Positions 29,160-37,776 of a stretch of DNA of 64,000 nucleotides are shown here, one piece after another (the first letter of the stretch is position 1; the number at the start of each line of letters is the position of its first letter). Source of the stretch: Candidatus Hermodarchaeum yapensis (GTDB lineage: Archaea > Asgardarchaeota > Hermodarchaeia > Hermodarchaeales > Hermodarchaeaceae); contig JAEOSK010000003.1 of NCBI GenBank assembly GCA_016840405.1, positions 1-64,000 of the forward strand. The letters run 5' to 3'. The notes under the pieces were generated by a model that saw only the letters and a list, made by a program, of their open reading frames with translations, had not been told where the DNA came from and searched no databases. The position numbers were made by a program, and so were the translations under genes.

Positions 29160-30992
29160 ATGAAAGGTTGGACTGGACAGCTTCTACGCGTGAATCTTTC
29201 GAACAAAGATGTAACCACAGAAAAGTATCCGAAAGAATTTGCCCTGCAATTCGTGGGGGGTCGCGGATTTGCGGCAAAGATTCTCTGGGACGAAGTGCCT
29301 AAGGGTACAAATCCCCTCTCACCAGGGAATAAGTTCATTGCTGCTGTAGGACCTTTATCCGGTTTGGCGATGCCGAATGTTGGGAAAGTTGTTGTTGCAG
29401 CAAAAAGCCCCTTGACGGGCGGGTATGGGGATGGAAATCTTGGCTCACATTTTGGTTCCCAATTACGACGAGCAGGTTATGATGTTTTGGTTGTCGAGGG
29501 TAAAGCCGAAACCCCGTCCTATGTTCTGATCCAAGATTCTGAAGTAAACGTACTGGAGGCTGACCACCTTTGGGGAAAAGGTGCGTTTGAAGCAGAACAG
29601 AAACTCGAAGAGACCCATGGTAAGAGTATTGGCACGTTAATGATTGGTCAAGGCGGCGAACACCTCGTCAAATATGCAACCGTCCGGTCTATGATGGGAC
29701 GATCTGGGGGACGCCCAGGTATGGGTGCTGTAATGGGTTCAAAGAACCTGAAAGCCTTGGTCGCGAAAGGCTCCTCTACACCTGAACTGGCGAGCCCTGA
29801 AGCGTTTCGCCAACTTGGTCGAGACGGGTTCAAAGATATTCGTGAGAAGCCAGGCTACGATGAATGGATGACCCAGGGTACGATGCTCATTCACGCATGG
29901 TGTCAAGAATACAGTGTCCTCCCCAGTTACAACTTTCGGGAGGGGCAATTCGAGCATGCCGAAGCGCTCAGTGGCGGCACCATGGAGAAATTGAAAGAAA
30001 AAACACGCGGGTGTCCCTCCTGTACCATGCAGTGCGGTCATTGCATCAAAGATTCTGAAGGACTCTCTGCTGAGCTCGATTATGAGAACGTAGCACTCCT
30101 TGGATCTAACATTGGGATGCGGGATCTCCGCGAAGTCGCTACTTTGAATCGACTCGCAGATGAATATGGTCTTGATACGATTTCCTTAGGTAATACAATC
30201 GGCTTTGCTATGGAAGCATCAGAAAAAGGAATTCTTGATGAAAAGCTCGACTGGGGAGACTTCCATGCGACACGGAAACTAATTACGGACATTGCATTCC
30301 GAGCAGACAATCTCGGAAACATGCTTGCCGATGGCACACAAATCATGGCAAAACAACTTGGTAAAAGTACTCAAAATTTTGCCATGCAAATTAAAGGTCT
30401 GGAAATCTCCGGGTATGATTGTCATGCTGCCCCAGGTATGGCCCTTGCTTTTGGAGTCTGTTCTATCGGCGCCCATCATAAAGAAAGTTGGGTGATTACC
30501 CATGAGGTGGATGTGGGTCGGGAGACATATGATGAGAGTAAAGTCGATAAAATCATCGAATTGCAGCGGATTCGGGGTGGGCTGTTTGAGCAGTTGGTTG
30601 GCTGTCGCTTCCCCTGGATTGAAGTAGGATTTGACTTGGAGTGGTATCCGAAGTATTTTGCGGCAGCGACAGGTCTGAAATGGACATTAGATGACTTCTG
30701 GGTGCTCTCGGATCGTATCTATTCATTAGTTCGTTCTTATTGGGTTCGAGAATTTGATGGTGAATGGGACCGGTCGATGGATTATCCTCCTGCACGTTGG
30801 TTTACTGAACCACTATCTGTGGGTCCTCTATCTGGAACCAAGCTTGAGAAAGAGGGCTACGAGAAACTGCTTTCATGGTACTATCAGAAACGGGGTTGGG
30901 ACGAGCGCGGAATTCCCACGAAGAAACGGCTGAAGGAACAAGATTTGGAGTGGATAATCCCAGAGCTCGAAAAAGTAACCAAACTGAGCTAG
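29160..30992 (+). CDS. aor: Aldehyde:ferredoxin oxidoreductase (tungsten family)
   Basis: VGGRG, AKSPLTG, GMGAVMGSKNLKA, CxxCxxxC, DEYGLDTIS and YYQKRGWDERGIP motifs. Confidence 0.92.
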   Translation: MKGWTGQLLRVNLSNKDVTTEKYPKEFALQFVGGRGFAAKILWDEVPKGTNPLSPGNKFIAAVGPLSGLAMPNVGKVVVAAKSPLTGGYGDGNLGSHFGSQLRRAGYDVLVVEGKAETPSYVLIQDSEVNVLEADHLWGKGAFEAEQKLEETHGKSIGTLMIGQGGEHLVKYATVRSMMGRSGGRPGMGAVMGSKNLKALVAKGSSTPELASPEAFRQLGRDGFKDIREKPGYDEWMTQGTMLIHAWCQEYSVLPSYNFREGQFEHAEALSGGTMEKLKEKTRGCPSCTMQCGHCIKDSEGLSAELDYENVALLGSNIGMRDLREVATLNRLADEYGLDTISLGNTIGFAMEASEKGILDEKLDWGDFHATRKLITDIAFRADNLGNMLADGTQIMAKQLGKSTQNFAMQIKGLEISGYDCHAAPGMALAFGVCSIGAHHKESWVITHEVDVGRETYDESKVDKIIELQRIRGGLFEQLVGCRFPWIEVGFDLEWYPKYFAAATGLKWTLDDFWVLSDRIYSLVRSYWVREFDGEWDRSMDYPPARWFTEPLSVGPLSGTKLEKEGYEKLLSWYYQKRGWDERGIPTKKRLKEQDLEWIIPELEKVTKLS

Positions 30993-31029
30993 GTGTAGAT
31001 AATCCGATATTCATGTAGTGTTGTGTTTT

Positions 31030-31578
31030 TTAATCGGCGAAATGAATACGAAACTCGCAGGTCGGATCTCCTTGGAGGCGACCCTTGGTTTGGGTGACCC
31101 GAGCAGTATAGGAGAGTTTGAGGTTGTCAATCCAGTGTTGAAGAAGACCTTCAAGCATACCGGAAACAAGTTCACAATACCGTAAATCGAGGACATTTTC
31201 CATGGTGTCTTGTTGACAGATTGGACAGAATTCTGTAGTCAGATGGAGGGTGCGGTCATCAGAAAATTCCAGTTTGTCTGGCGGATGTCCTGTGGCAAGG
31301 TTCCAATTTCGTGATAGGTACTCGTCAACACGGTTCAAGAATAAATCCGGAGAAGTGGGAAAATAGTTCTCTGGAGGTTGCCCGTACCGACTTACTAGTC
31401 CAAGAAGAAGTGGGGTCGTCATATTCTTTCCCAACTCGTGAAGAGCTCTTTCGATGGCCGTTGGATTTCCTTGGTGTTCGACAGAGAGAGCTTCAACGAG
31501 CCGCAGGTAAAAAATTGGTAGTAAAGGTCCTATAAAGAGAGGTTGTTTCTCTTTGGGAGCATTTTCGTCAGGGGTCAA
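31030..31578 (-). CDS. V4R-domain protein (Bet3/TRAPP-related fold)
   Basis: CPIC...YCELVSGMLEG...QTKGRLQGDPTCEFRI V4R pattern. Confidence 0.7.
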   Translation of the reverse strand: MTPDENAPKEKQPLFIGPLLPIFYLRLVEALSVEHQGNPTAIERALHELGKNMTTPLLLGLVSRYGQPPENYFPTSPDLFLNRVDEYLSRNWNLATGHPPDKLEFSDDRTLHLTTEFCPICQQDTMENVLDLRYCELVSGMLEGLLQHWIDNLKLSYTARVTQTKGRLQGDPTCEFRIHFAD

Positions 31579-31616
31579 ATTCTTACACCATTTGTCATCG
31601 AGTTGGTTTTGAGGGA

Positions 31617-32870
31617 TTATTCTTCTTCGGATTCTTCAGGTGGTTTATCAGTTGGTTGTTCTTTTGCCGCCACTTTGGCAGGCTTTTCTTTAAGGGTGGC
31701 TTTTGCTCGTTCTTTGCGGGAGGTTTTTGCGGGGGCTCGTTCACGGAGTTGGCGCTCTGCTTCTGCTAACGGACCTGTTGGAATTGTAGCGGGTAGGGTG
31801 GGGGCTTGCCCGGTTAAACTGGCGATTTCTACTGACTTTTCAGCCCATAGGACTTGGGCAGGATGTACGCCTGCAACACGCCAATAGAAGAAGCGATCCC
31901 AAAGCTTCTCTTCAATGGAGAGCACTCCAGCTGACAGAGAAACCAGATTAAGTCCTAGCCTGCTAAACGCCTTAGCAACAACGCCTCTGACTTCATTACG
32001 AATTTCAGCTTCATCGCGTAATGCACTCATGAACTCATGTTCTGAGAATTGGTCTCGCATGACGTTATCAATGAGCGTTTTGAGGTATTCGATGAGTTCT
32101 TGGGAGTTCATCGGAATTCGTTGCTCATGAAGAGTCGATATGAGTTTTCGAGAGTCATCGACGACAAACGCGTAAAGCAATCCATAGGGCTCCTGCAGCC
32201 GAATTGAACGTTTGTAAGTTATTTTCCCTTCAGCACCTTTAACGGGAATATCATATTCTTCTCGGCGCCACGATTTACCTGTCCAGGTCAGTCGGGCAAG
32301 ATCCGATGTCTGTGTTACGCCTGTATTGGCATAAACATGAACACGACCTGTGTAAATGAAAACAACATTTGCCTTGTAACCTTGTCCACGCCAGCCTGTC
32401 TTGATTAGCGGTGACTGAAATGTCTCTATGGTGTATGGTGTTTCGCTGGGTTCCCAAACCTCATAAACTTTAAACTCTCGATCCCCGTTATTGAATTCCT
32501 CTCCATAGCCACAACAGATCCAATCAGGGGGAACATAGATTTTCGCATCTTTTTCAAGAATTTCAATTTGCTCCATATCCCGTTCAAGATCTGGGGGATG
32601 ATAGATGAATTGGGGAAGCCGTGAATCGGACTCGGTTATTTCAGTGCCTGAAGCCAGGGTCCGTGTCAATGTTTTACCTGTCGAAAAGCCTCCAAAAGCT
32701 GCAAGCCGTGTCAGTCGCCTGAATGCGCGGATGGCTTGAGCACCCCGATCCTTATGGGGAGCTTGAATCATTTGGGTCCAGTAATTTTGACTTCCCACAT
32801 CGCCAATTGGGATACTAGGGTGAGGTCCTAAGACTGGATCTGGAGCAAGTAAACAAATTGTTTTCGCCAT
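31617..32870 (-). CDS. Soluble SPFH/band-7-like domain protein with a charged C-terminal tail
   Basis: VFIYTG...VPVKG...YGLLY...IRNEVRGVVAKAFSRLGLNLVSLS resembles the band-7 core; no TM helix. Confidence 0.55.
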   Translation of the reverse strand: MAKTICLLAPDPVLGPHPSIPIGDVGSQNYWTQMIQAPHKDRGAQAIRAFRRLTRLAAFGGFSTGKTLTRTLASGTEITESDSRLPQFIYHPPDLERDMEQIEILEKDAKIYVPPDWICCGYGEEFNNGDREFKVYEVWEPSETPYTIETFQSPLIKTGWRGQGYKANVVFIYTGRVHVYANTGVTQTSDLARLTWTGKSWRREEYDIPVKGAEGKITYKRSIRLQEPYGLLYAFVVDDSRKLISTLHEQRIPMNSQELIEYLKTLIDNVMRDQFSEHEFMSALRDEAEIRNEVRGVVAKAFSRLGLNLVSLSAGVLSIEEKLWDRFFYWRVAGVHPAQVLWAEKSVEIASLTGQAPTLPATIPTGPLAEAERQLRERAPAKTSRKERAKATLKEKPAKVAAKEQPTDKPPEESEEE

Positions 32871-32932
32871 AGTTGAAACCTCCTTCTCTTATCTGCGGTA
32901 TTTTCTAGCCTCATATAACTTCTGGTGCTATA

Positions 32933-33781
32933 TTAGAAGCCTGTGATTTCATATCGGTCTCCTAGTTTTTCTCTTTTAGCTTCTTCTTCAGCTCGCCATT
33001 CCTCTATAAGCTGCTGGATTTTTTGTTGAAGAATATCATTTGAAGAATGGGCAATCCACTCTTCTGAAATATGTACATGGTCACCTCGTAGTGCTAATGT
33101 TCGTGAGACTGAATCGAAATAGCCACCTTGACCTTTCTTTCCGAGAAACTTGACCAGCCCATTGAAGACTATTTGGGCTTTTTTCGGATAGGCATCTAAC
33201 ATGCTTTCGGGCACTATTGTCATCTGTATGTTGATACGTTGTCCGACCAAATCATAGATTGTTGATTCTGTTGTTTCTCCATGTTTTACACCGCTTTCAA
33301 GAAGCGTATAGAAGTCAATGGGTCCAGCGAAACATTGCTTGAAGAAATCATGGCTCGTTCGCTGGAAGTCAAGGAGTTCACCGGTTGCTTTCACATATAC
33401 CAATTCTTGCACTCCATCTGATCTCTCAATTGCCAAATTCATATGTTTCTTCCATTTTGCGTAACTACCCGGATGTTCCTGTAGTTCAGGCAAGTATACC
33501 AAAGGGACATTGATGAATACTTTACTTTGTTTGAAGGCTTTTTCTAGCTCGCCAGCATACGGCTCTGCAGGTGGGAGACCTTCGACTTCTGCAATAAATG
33601 CTACACGATAGCTGGTAAGAACGAGATGACCATCTTGTCCACGCACAAGCATTGGTCGCTCCCCTGCGCGAATACCCTTGGCAATTTTGGCCTTGGCTAC
33701 CAGAATGAGAGTCTCTTGTTCCTTTGGTAAGATGCTTTTGGCCAATGTTAGCTTTTCAGTTGGTTCCAGTTCCCATGTCAA
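32933..33781 (-). CDS. Hypothetical protein with N-terminal GRAM/PH-like domain and possible C-terminal winged-helix/PCI-like segment
   Basis: DGHLVLTSYRVAFI (G-x-L-x-L-T-x-x-R-x-x-F); GYFDSVSRTL near the C-terminus. Confidence 0.45.
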   Translation of the reverse strand: MTWELEPTEKLTLAKSILPKEQETLILVAKAKIAKGIRAGERPMLVRGQDGHLVLTSYRVAFIAEVEGLPPAEPYAGELEKAFKQSKVFINVPLVYLPELQEHPGSYAKWKKHMNLAIERSDGVQELVYVKATGELLDFQRTSHDFFKQCFAGPIDFYTLLESGVKHGETTESTIYDLVGQRINIQMTIVPESMLDAYPKKAQIVFNGLVKFLGKKGQGGYFDSVSRTLALRGDHVHISEEWIAHSSNDILQQKIQQLIEEWRAEEEAKREKLGDRYEITGF

Positions 33782-33841
33782 CGTTTATGACCATCCTTTC
33801 CGCGATATCCTGATGTTACCCTATACTGATTCGATATTTGA

Positions 33842-35992
33842 TTATTGTCCAAGGAAACGTTCAGCAAATTGACTGAATTTATTCAGAGTATCCTGTGAAA
33901 TACTAGGTTGTACTGATGCTAGTGCATCCTGAAAGTGATTCATGCTGACCTTTGAAGCGTCTGGGTTTTCACGGATAGCAGCCAACACCGCTTTTCGACA
34001 GACATTTCCGATATCAGCACCTGAAAAGCCTTCAGTTGTCGATGCCAGTTGATCTAGATTTACATCTTCAGTAAGAGGCATTTTTCGTGTATGGACTGCA
34101 AAGATTGCACGTCGAGCGGCTAAATCTGGTGGAGGTGTGAATACAAAGATATCAAAACGCCCTGGACGAAGCAAGGCAGGATCAATGATATCAGGACGGT
34201 TTGTTGCCGCAAGCACGACAACTCCCTGAAGCTCTTCCATCCCATCAATTTCCACAAGGAGTTGGTTTACTACACGTTCACTTACGCGACTGTCAAATCC
34301 TGAACCACGGCGAGGTGCAAGATTATCTAATTCGTCTATAAAGAGGATTACAGGAGCTGCTTGCCTAGCCCGGCGAAAGATCTCTGCAATAATTTTCTCA
34401 GATTCTCCCACCCATTTACTCATAACTTCAGCGCCACGTACACTAATGAAATTTGCTTGGCTTTCAGTGGCAACGGCTTTTGCGAGTAGTGTTTTACCTG
34501 TTCCGGGTGGTCCAAATAAGAGGACACCCTTGGGTGGATCGATGTTAAAACGTGTGAAAACATCGGGTCGATTGATGGGGAGTTCAACGGCTTCACGAAG
34601 TGCCTGTTTTGCTTCCTCCATTCCACCAACATCATCCCATTGAACCATGGGAATTTCGACGGAAATTTCACGTAACGCAGAAGGTTCCACGAGCTGTCTA
34701 GCGGAGCGGAAATCATCTGCTGTTACTACGATTTGATTAATCAGTTCCGGGGGAATTTGCATTTGTTGTTCTTCAATCTGTGGAAGGACACGTCGCAAAG
34801 CGCTGAGTGCAGCTTCTTTGACTAAAAAGGCTAAATCTGAACCCACAAATCCGTGTGTATTGTGTGCCATTTGCTGCAGATTCACTGATGGATCCAAGGG
34901 TACTCCACGAGTGTGTACTTGCAGGATGTCAAGCCGTCCTCGTGTATCGGGAACATTGATCAAGATTTCGCGATCAAAACGTCCAGGTCTTCGTAGTGCA
35001 GGATCAAGAGCTTCGAGTCGGTTTGTCGCAGCGATGACAAAAACCTGGTCACGATCTTTGAGACCATCCATCAGGGTTAGAATTTGAGCAACGATACGGC
35101 TTTCCATTCCCCCCGTTTCACGCCGTGATGCAATAGCATCGATTTCATCAATAAAGATAATGGCAGGTTTGTGTTTCTCCGCTTCTTGGAAAACGTCTCG
35201 CAGGTACTTTTCTGATTCGCCATAATATTGACTGACAATCTCAGGACCGTTTATTGCCCGAAAAAAGGCTTCGCTTTCTGTAGCCACTGTTCTAGCGAGT
35301 AACGTTTTTCCGCAACCGGGTGGACCATGGAGCAACACTCCACGAGGAGGCTCAATTTTTAATCGAGCAAACAGTTCCGGATGTCGAATGGGGAGCTCGA
35401 CGATTTCACGAATCCGATGAATAGCGACATCCAGTCCTCCCACATCATCGTATGTTGCAGTGGCAACAGTATCAACTTCTTCTGGAGCTTCCTTAAGGAG
35501 TTGGAGATCGGTACTTGCTGTAATTATGACATTCCCCGTGGGCACTGTCTTAGCCACGTAGAATTTGGCTTCGCCGAGGGCAAAAGCTGCTCGCCCTACG
35601 GCAATCACGGTATCTTTCTTGACTGGTTTATCCATGAGATTGGATTTCAAAAGTGATGCCGCTAATTCCTGCCGATATTGTAGTTCTTCCCCCTTCATTG
35701 GCGTTAATACAACATTTCTTGCGGGTTGTGCATCGGTTCCTTGTAGCGTAACTGTGTCACCTAAACGTACTCCCGCATTTAGCCGTGATAATCCATCCAT
35801 CTTGATGACGGCTCGATTGTGAATAGAAGAATCCCTGAGTGCAAGAGCACATACACTCTTTTTGCCGACTATTTCGACAACAGAACCATCAGAAATCTGC
35901 AATTGGTCTAAAATTGTTGGATCAACACGAACCGTGAAACGACCCACATCAACGGCGCTTGCTTCAGCAACACGAACCGACGCTACAGTCAC
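33842..35992 (-). CDS. cdc48: CDC48/VCP/p97-family AAA+ ATPase
   Basis: N-domain plus two AAA modules ([16 protein letters not shown]; IFIDE, LFIDE; [22 protein letters not shown]). Confidence 0.95.
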   Translation of the reverse strand: MTVASVRVAEASAVDVGRFTVRVDPTILDQLQISDGSVVEIVGKKSVCALALRDSSIHNRAVIKMDGLSRLNAGVRLGDTVTLQGTDAQPARNVVLTPMKGEELQYRQELAASLLKSNLMDKPVKKDTVIAVGRAAFALGEAKFYVAKTVPTGNVIITASTDLQLLKEAPEEVDTVATATYDDVGGLDVAIHRIREIVELPIRHPELFARLKIEPPRGVLLHGPPGCGKTLLARTVATESEAFFRAINGPEIVSQYYGESEKYLRDVFQEAEKHKPAIIFIDEIDAIASRRETGGMESRIVAQILTLMDGLKDRDQVFVIAATNRLEALDPALRRPGRFDREILINVPDTRGRLDILQVHTRGVPLDPSVNLQQMAHNTHGFVGSDLAFLVKEAALSALRRVLPQIEEQQMQIPPELINQIVVTADDFRSARQLVEPSALREISVEIPMVQWDDVGGMEEAKQALREAVELPINRPDVFTRFNIDPPKGVLLFGPPGTGKTLLAKAVATESQANFISVRGAEVMSKWVGESEKIIAEIFRRARQAAPVILFIDELDNLAPRRGSGFDSRVSERVVNQLLVEIDGMEELQGVVVLAATNRPDIIDPALLRPGRFDIFVFTPPPDLAARRAIFAVHTRKMPLTEDVNLDQLASTTEGFSGADIGNVCRKAVLAAIRENPDASKVSMNHFQDALASVQPSISQDTLNKFSQFAERFLGQ

Positions 35993-36098
35993 GCTAGTCT
36001 CACACCCCTATTTGATGTATCAGGAGAGGGCACATATAGACCACGCGAGTAGCATATTTAACTCCAGCCCCTGATAGGAGATATAGAGTAGAGAGTCT

Positions 36099-36995
36099 AT
36101 GACCACCTCAAAGCCAATTTCAATACTTTTTGATGCTGCGCATAATGAGGAGGTAATTCTTCAAGAGCCTGAACTTTCCAGTCTGTGTCTTCTTTTAGAA
36201 ACGAATGGAATGAAGACTGGCTCCCTTGATACATCGATCACGCTGGAAGAACTCACGAATTTTAAAGTCATAGTCCTAGGAAATCCTCGGGAATCTAAAT
36301 TAAAATCAAAAGAAATCAAAGCTTTGCAATCTTTCGTTGAATCAGGAGGAGGTTTGCTGTTAATCAGTGGAGCAACAATTTTCGGGAAAGGAGGAGATTC
36401 AGCCCGGCTTACAAACCTGAATGCCCTTGCGACCAAATTCCACTTTGAATTTTCGGAGAAAGCCATTAGTCGTCAGTTAGAAGGAGATTTGTCCGATGCT
36501 GCAGCTAAAGACGAGATGATAATGGCTGTTCCTGCAGCACAGCATCCCCTTGTAAAAGGAATCAGCCACCTTCTATTCACAACAAGCACAAGCATCAAAG
36601 CAGAGGACACTGCAACCCACCTTTTTCGAACGGCAAATAGTCCAGGGAATCCAACAAATGTCATTACTATTGAGTTGGACAAGGGACGTGTCCTCGCAAT
36701 GGGTGGAGCCACACCCTTCTTCAACGACTATGTTGGAATCCATGACCATGAGGTTTTCATTATTCAAGCTTTTCGCTGGTTGGCGGGTCATCCAGTGAAT
36801 GTCCCTGTAATTTCTTTGACTCCTGATACAGAGATGAGTGAAGTTGTTAGTGCGAATGAAGCAATTGCTGACCTGCAACTACAACTAAACCAGATTGAAC
36901 AGGAACTAGCTGGTCTAAAGAAGGTCATCAATACGAGTTTGAAAGAAATGGAGAAGATTATTCGTCAATTTCAAGACGAAAAGGACGAGTCCTAA
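36099..36995 (+). CDS. GIFT/IFT52-like (DUF4350) domain protein with C-terminal coiled coil
   Basis: ILFDAAHNE...ITLEEL...VIVLGNPRE...EIKALQSFVESGGGLLL...TNLNAL...GRVLAMG...FRWL; heptad-rich tail. Confidence 0.7.
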   Translation: MTTSKPISILFDAAHNEEVILQEPELSSLCLLLETNGMKTGSLDTSITLEELTNFKVIVLGNPRESKLKSKEIKALQSFVESGGGLLLISGATIFGKGGDSARLTNLNALATKFHFEFSEKAISRQLEGDLSDAAAKDEMIMAVPAAQHPLVKGISHLLFTTSTSIKAEDTATHLFRTANSPGNPTNVITIELDKGRVLAMGGATPFFNDYVGIHDHEVFIIQAFRWLAGHPVNVPVISLTPDTEMSEVVSANEAIADLQLQLNQIEQELAGLKKVINTSLKEMEKIIRQFQDEKDES

Positions 36996-37000
36996 GATAG

Positions 37001-37675
37001 TTACTCTCGAGTCTGGGTTGTTGAAGAAACGAGTTGTTCGACGGTTATTCGTCGTTCTAACATTATGGCATGATGGTCCTGTAATGCTTGAAAGTTAACG
37101 ATGACTTGAAAAAGTGGTTGTTGGAGGACAATTGCAAGTTCTTCGAGTGATCGATTATCATCGATGGCTTCCAGAAGAGGTTGGAGTGTTTGAGGGAGAG
37201 AGCTTTGGGGAAAAGTGTGAACACGAACGGGAACATAGCGCTCTGAGATCGCTAGGGGTCGAAATAGTGTATCAATTATCGGTACAAAATCTCGGAAATG
37301 ACTGAGATCACCGAGCCAATTTTCTAACAGCTTTTCATGGCGCATTTCAAGCAGGGTTATTAAAGTACACATTCGTCGCCGGATCACGGGTAAATCATGG
37401 GTTGAAAATGCGGCTACATAGATATTTTTTCCGTATTCTAAGAGGATCTTGACATCCTCTCGGTCGATAATTCGTAAACGGCCATCTTCTCGTTCCAGGG
37501 ATTTCAACTGTTGCCCATCATCAGATATTCGTCCAACAAGATCTGATAGAAACATGCTCACCGCTGAGAGGAACCCGGTGACAAGGTCTGGTTCCATATT
37601 TTCAATTTGGAAGTCCTTTTGGAGCAGAGTACGTCCATCTCTGTAAACAACATAGAGACTATACAATGTTGCCAT
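37001..37675 (-). CDS. Longin-like domain plus C-terminal winged helix (NPRL2-like architecture)
   Basis: LYVVYRDGRTL...DLVTGFLSAVSMF...ILLEYG...W-x-GD-xx-F longin pattern; YVPV...LLEAIDDNRSLEELA wHTH. Confidence 0.65.
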   Translation of the reverse strand: MATLYSLYVVYRDGRTLLQKDFQIENMEPDLVTGFLSAVSMFLSDLVGRISDDGQQLKSLEREDGRLRIIDREDVKILLEYGKNIYVAAFSTHDLPVIRRRMCTLITLLEMRHEKLLENWLGDLSHFRDFVPIIDTLFRPLAISERYVPVRVHTFPQSSLPQTLQPLLEAIDDNRSLEELAIVLQQPLFQVIVNFQALQDHHAIMLERRITVEQLVSSTTQTRE

Positions 37676-37776
37676 TCAACTTCACACGAATTGTCTGTTC
37701 TGTGATTGTTTAACATGTCTAATGGTATCTTAAATAGGTACTGAGCTTTGTTCCAACTCGCTTCTCACGTTGAAAA

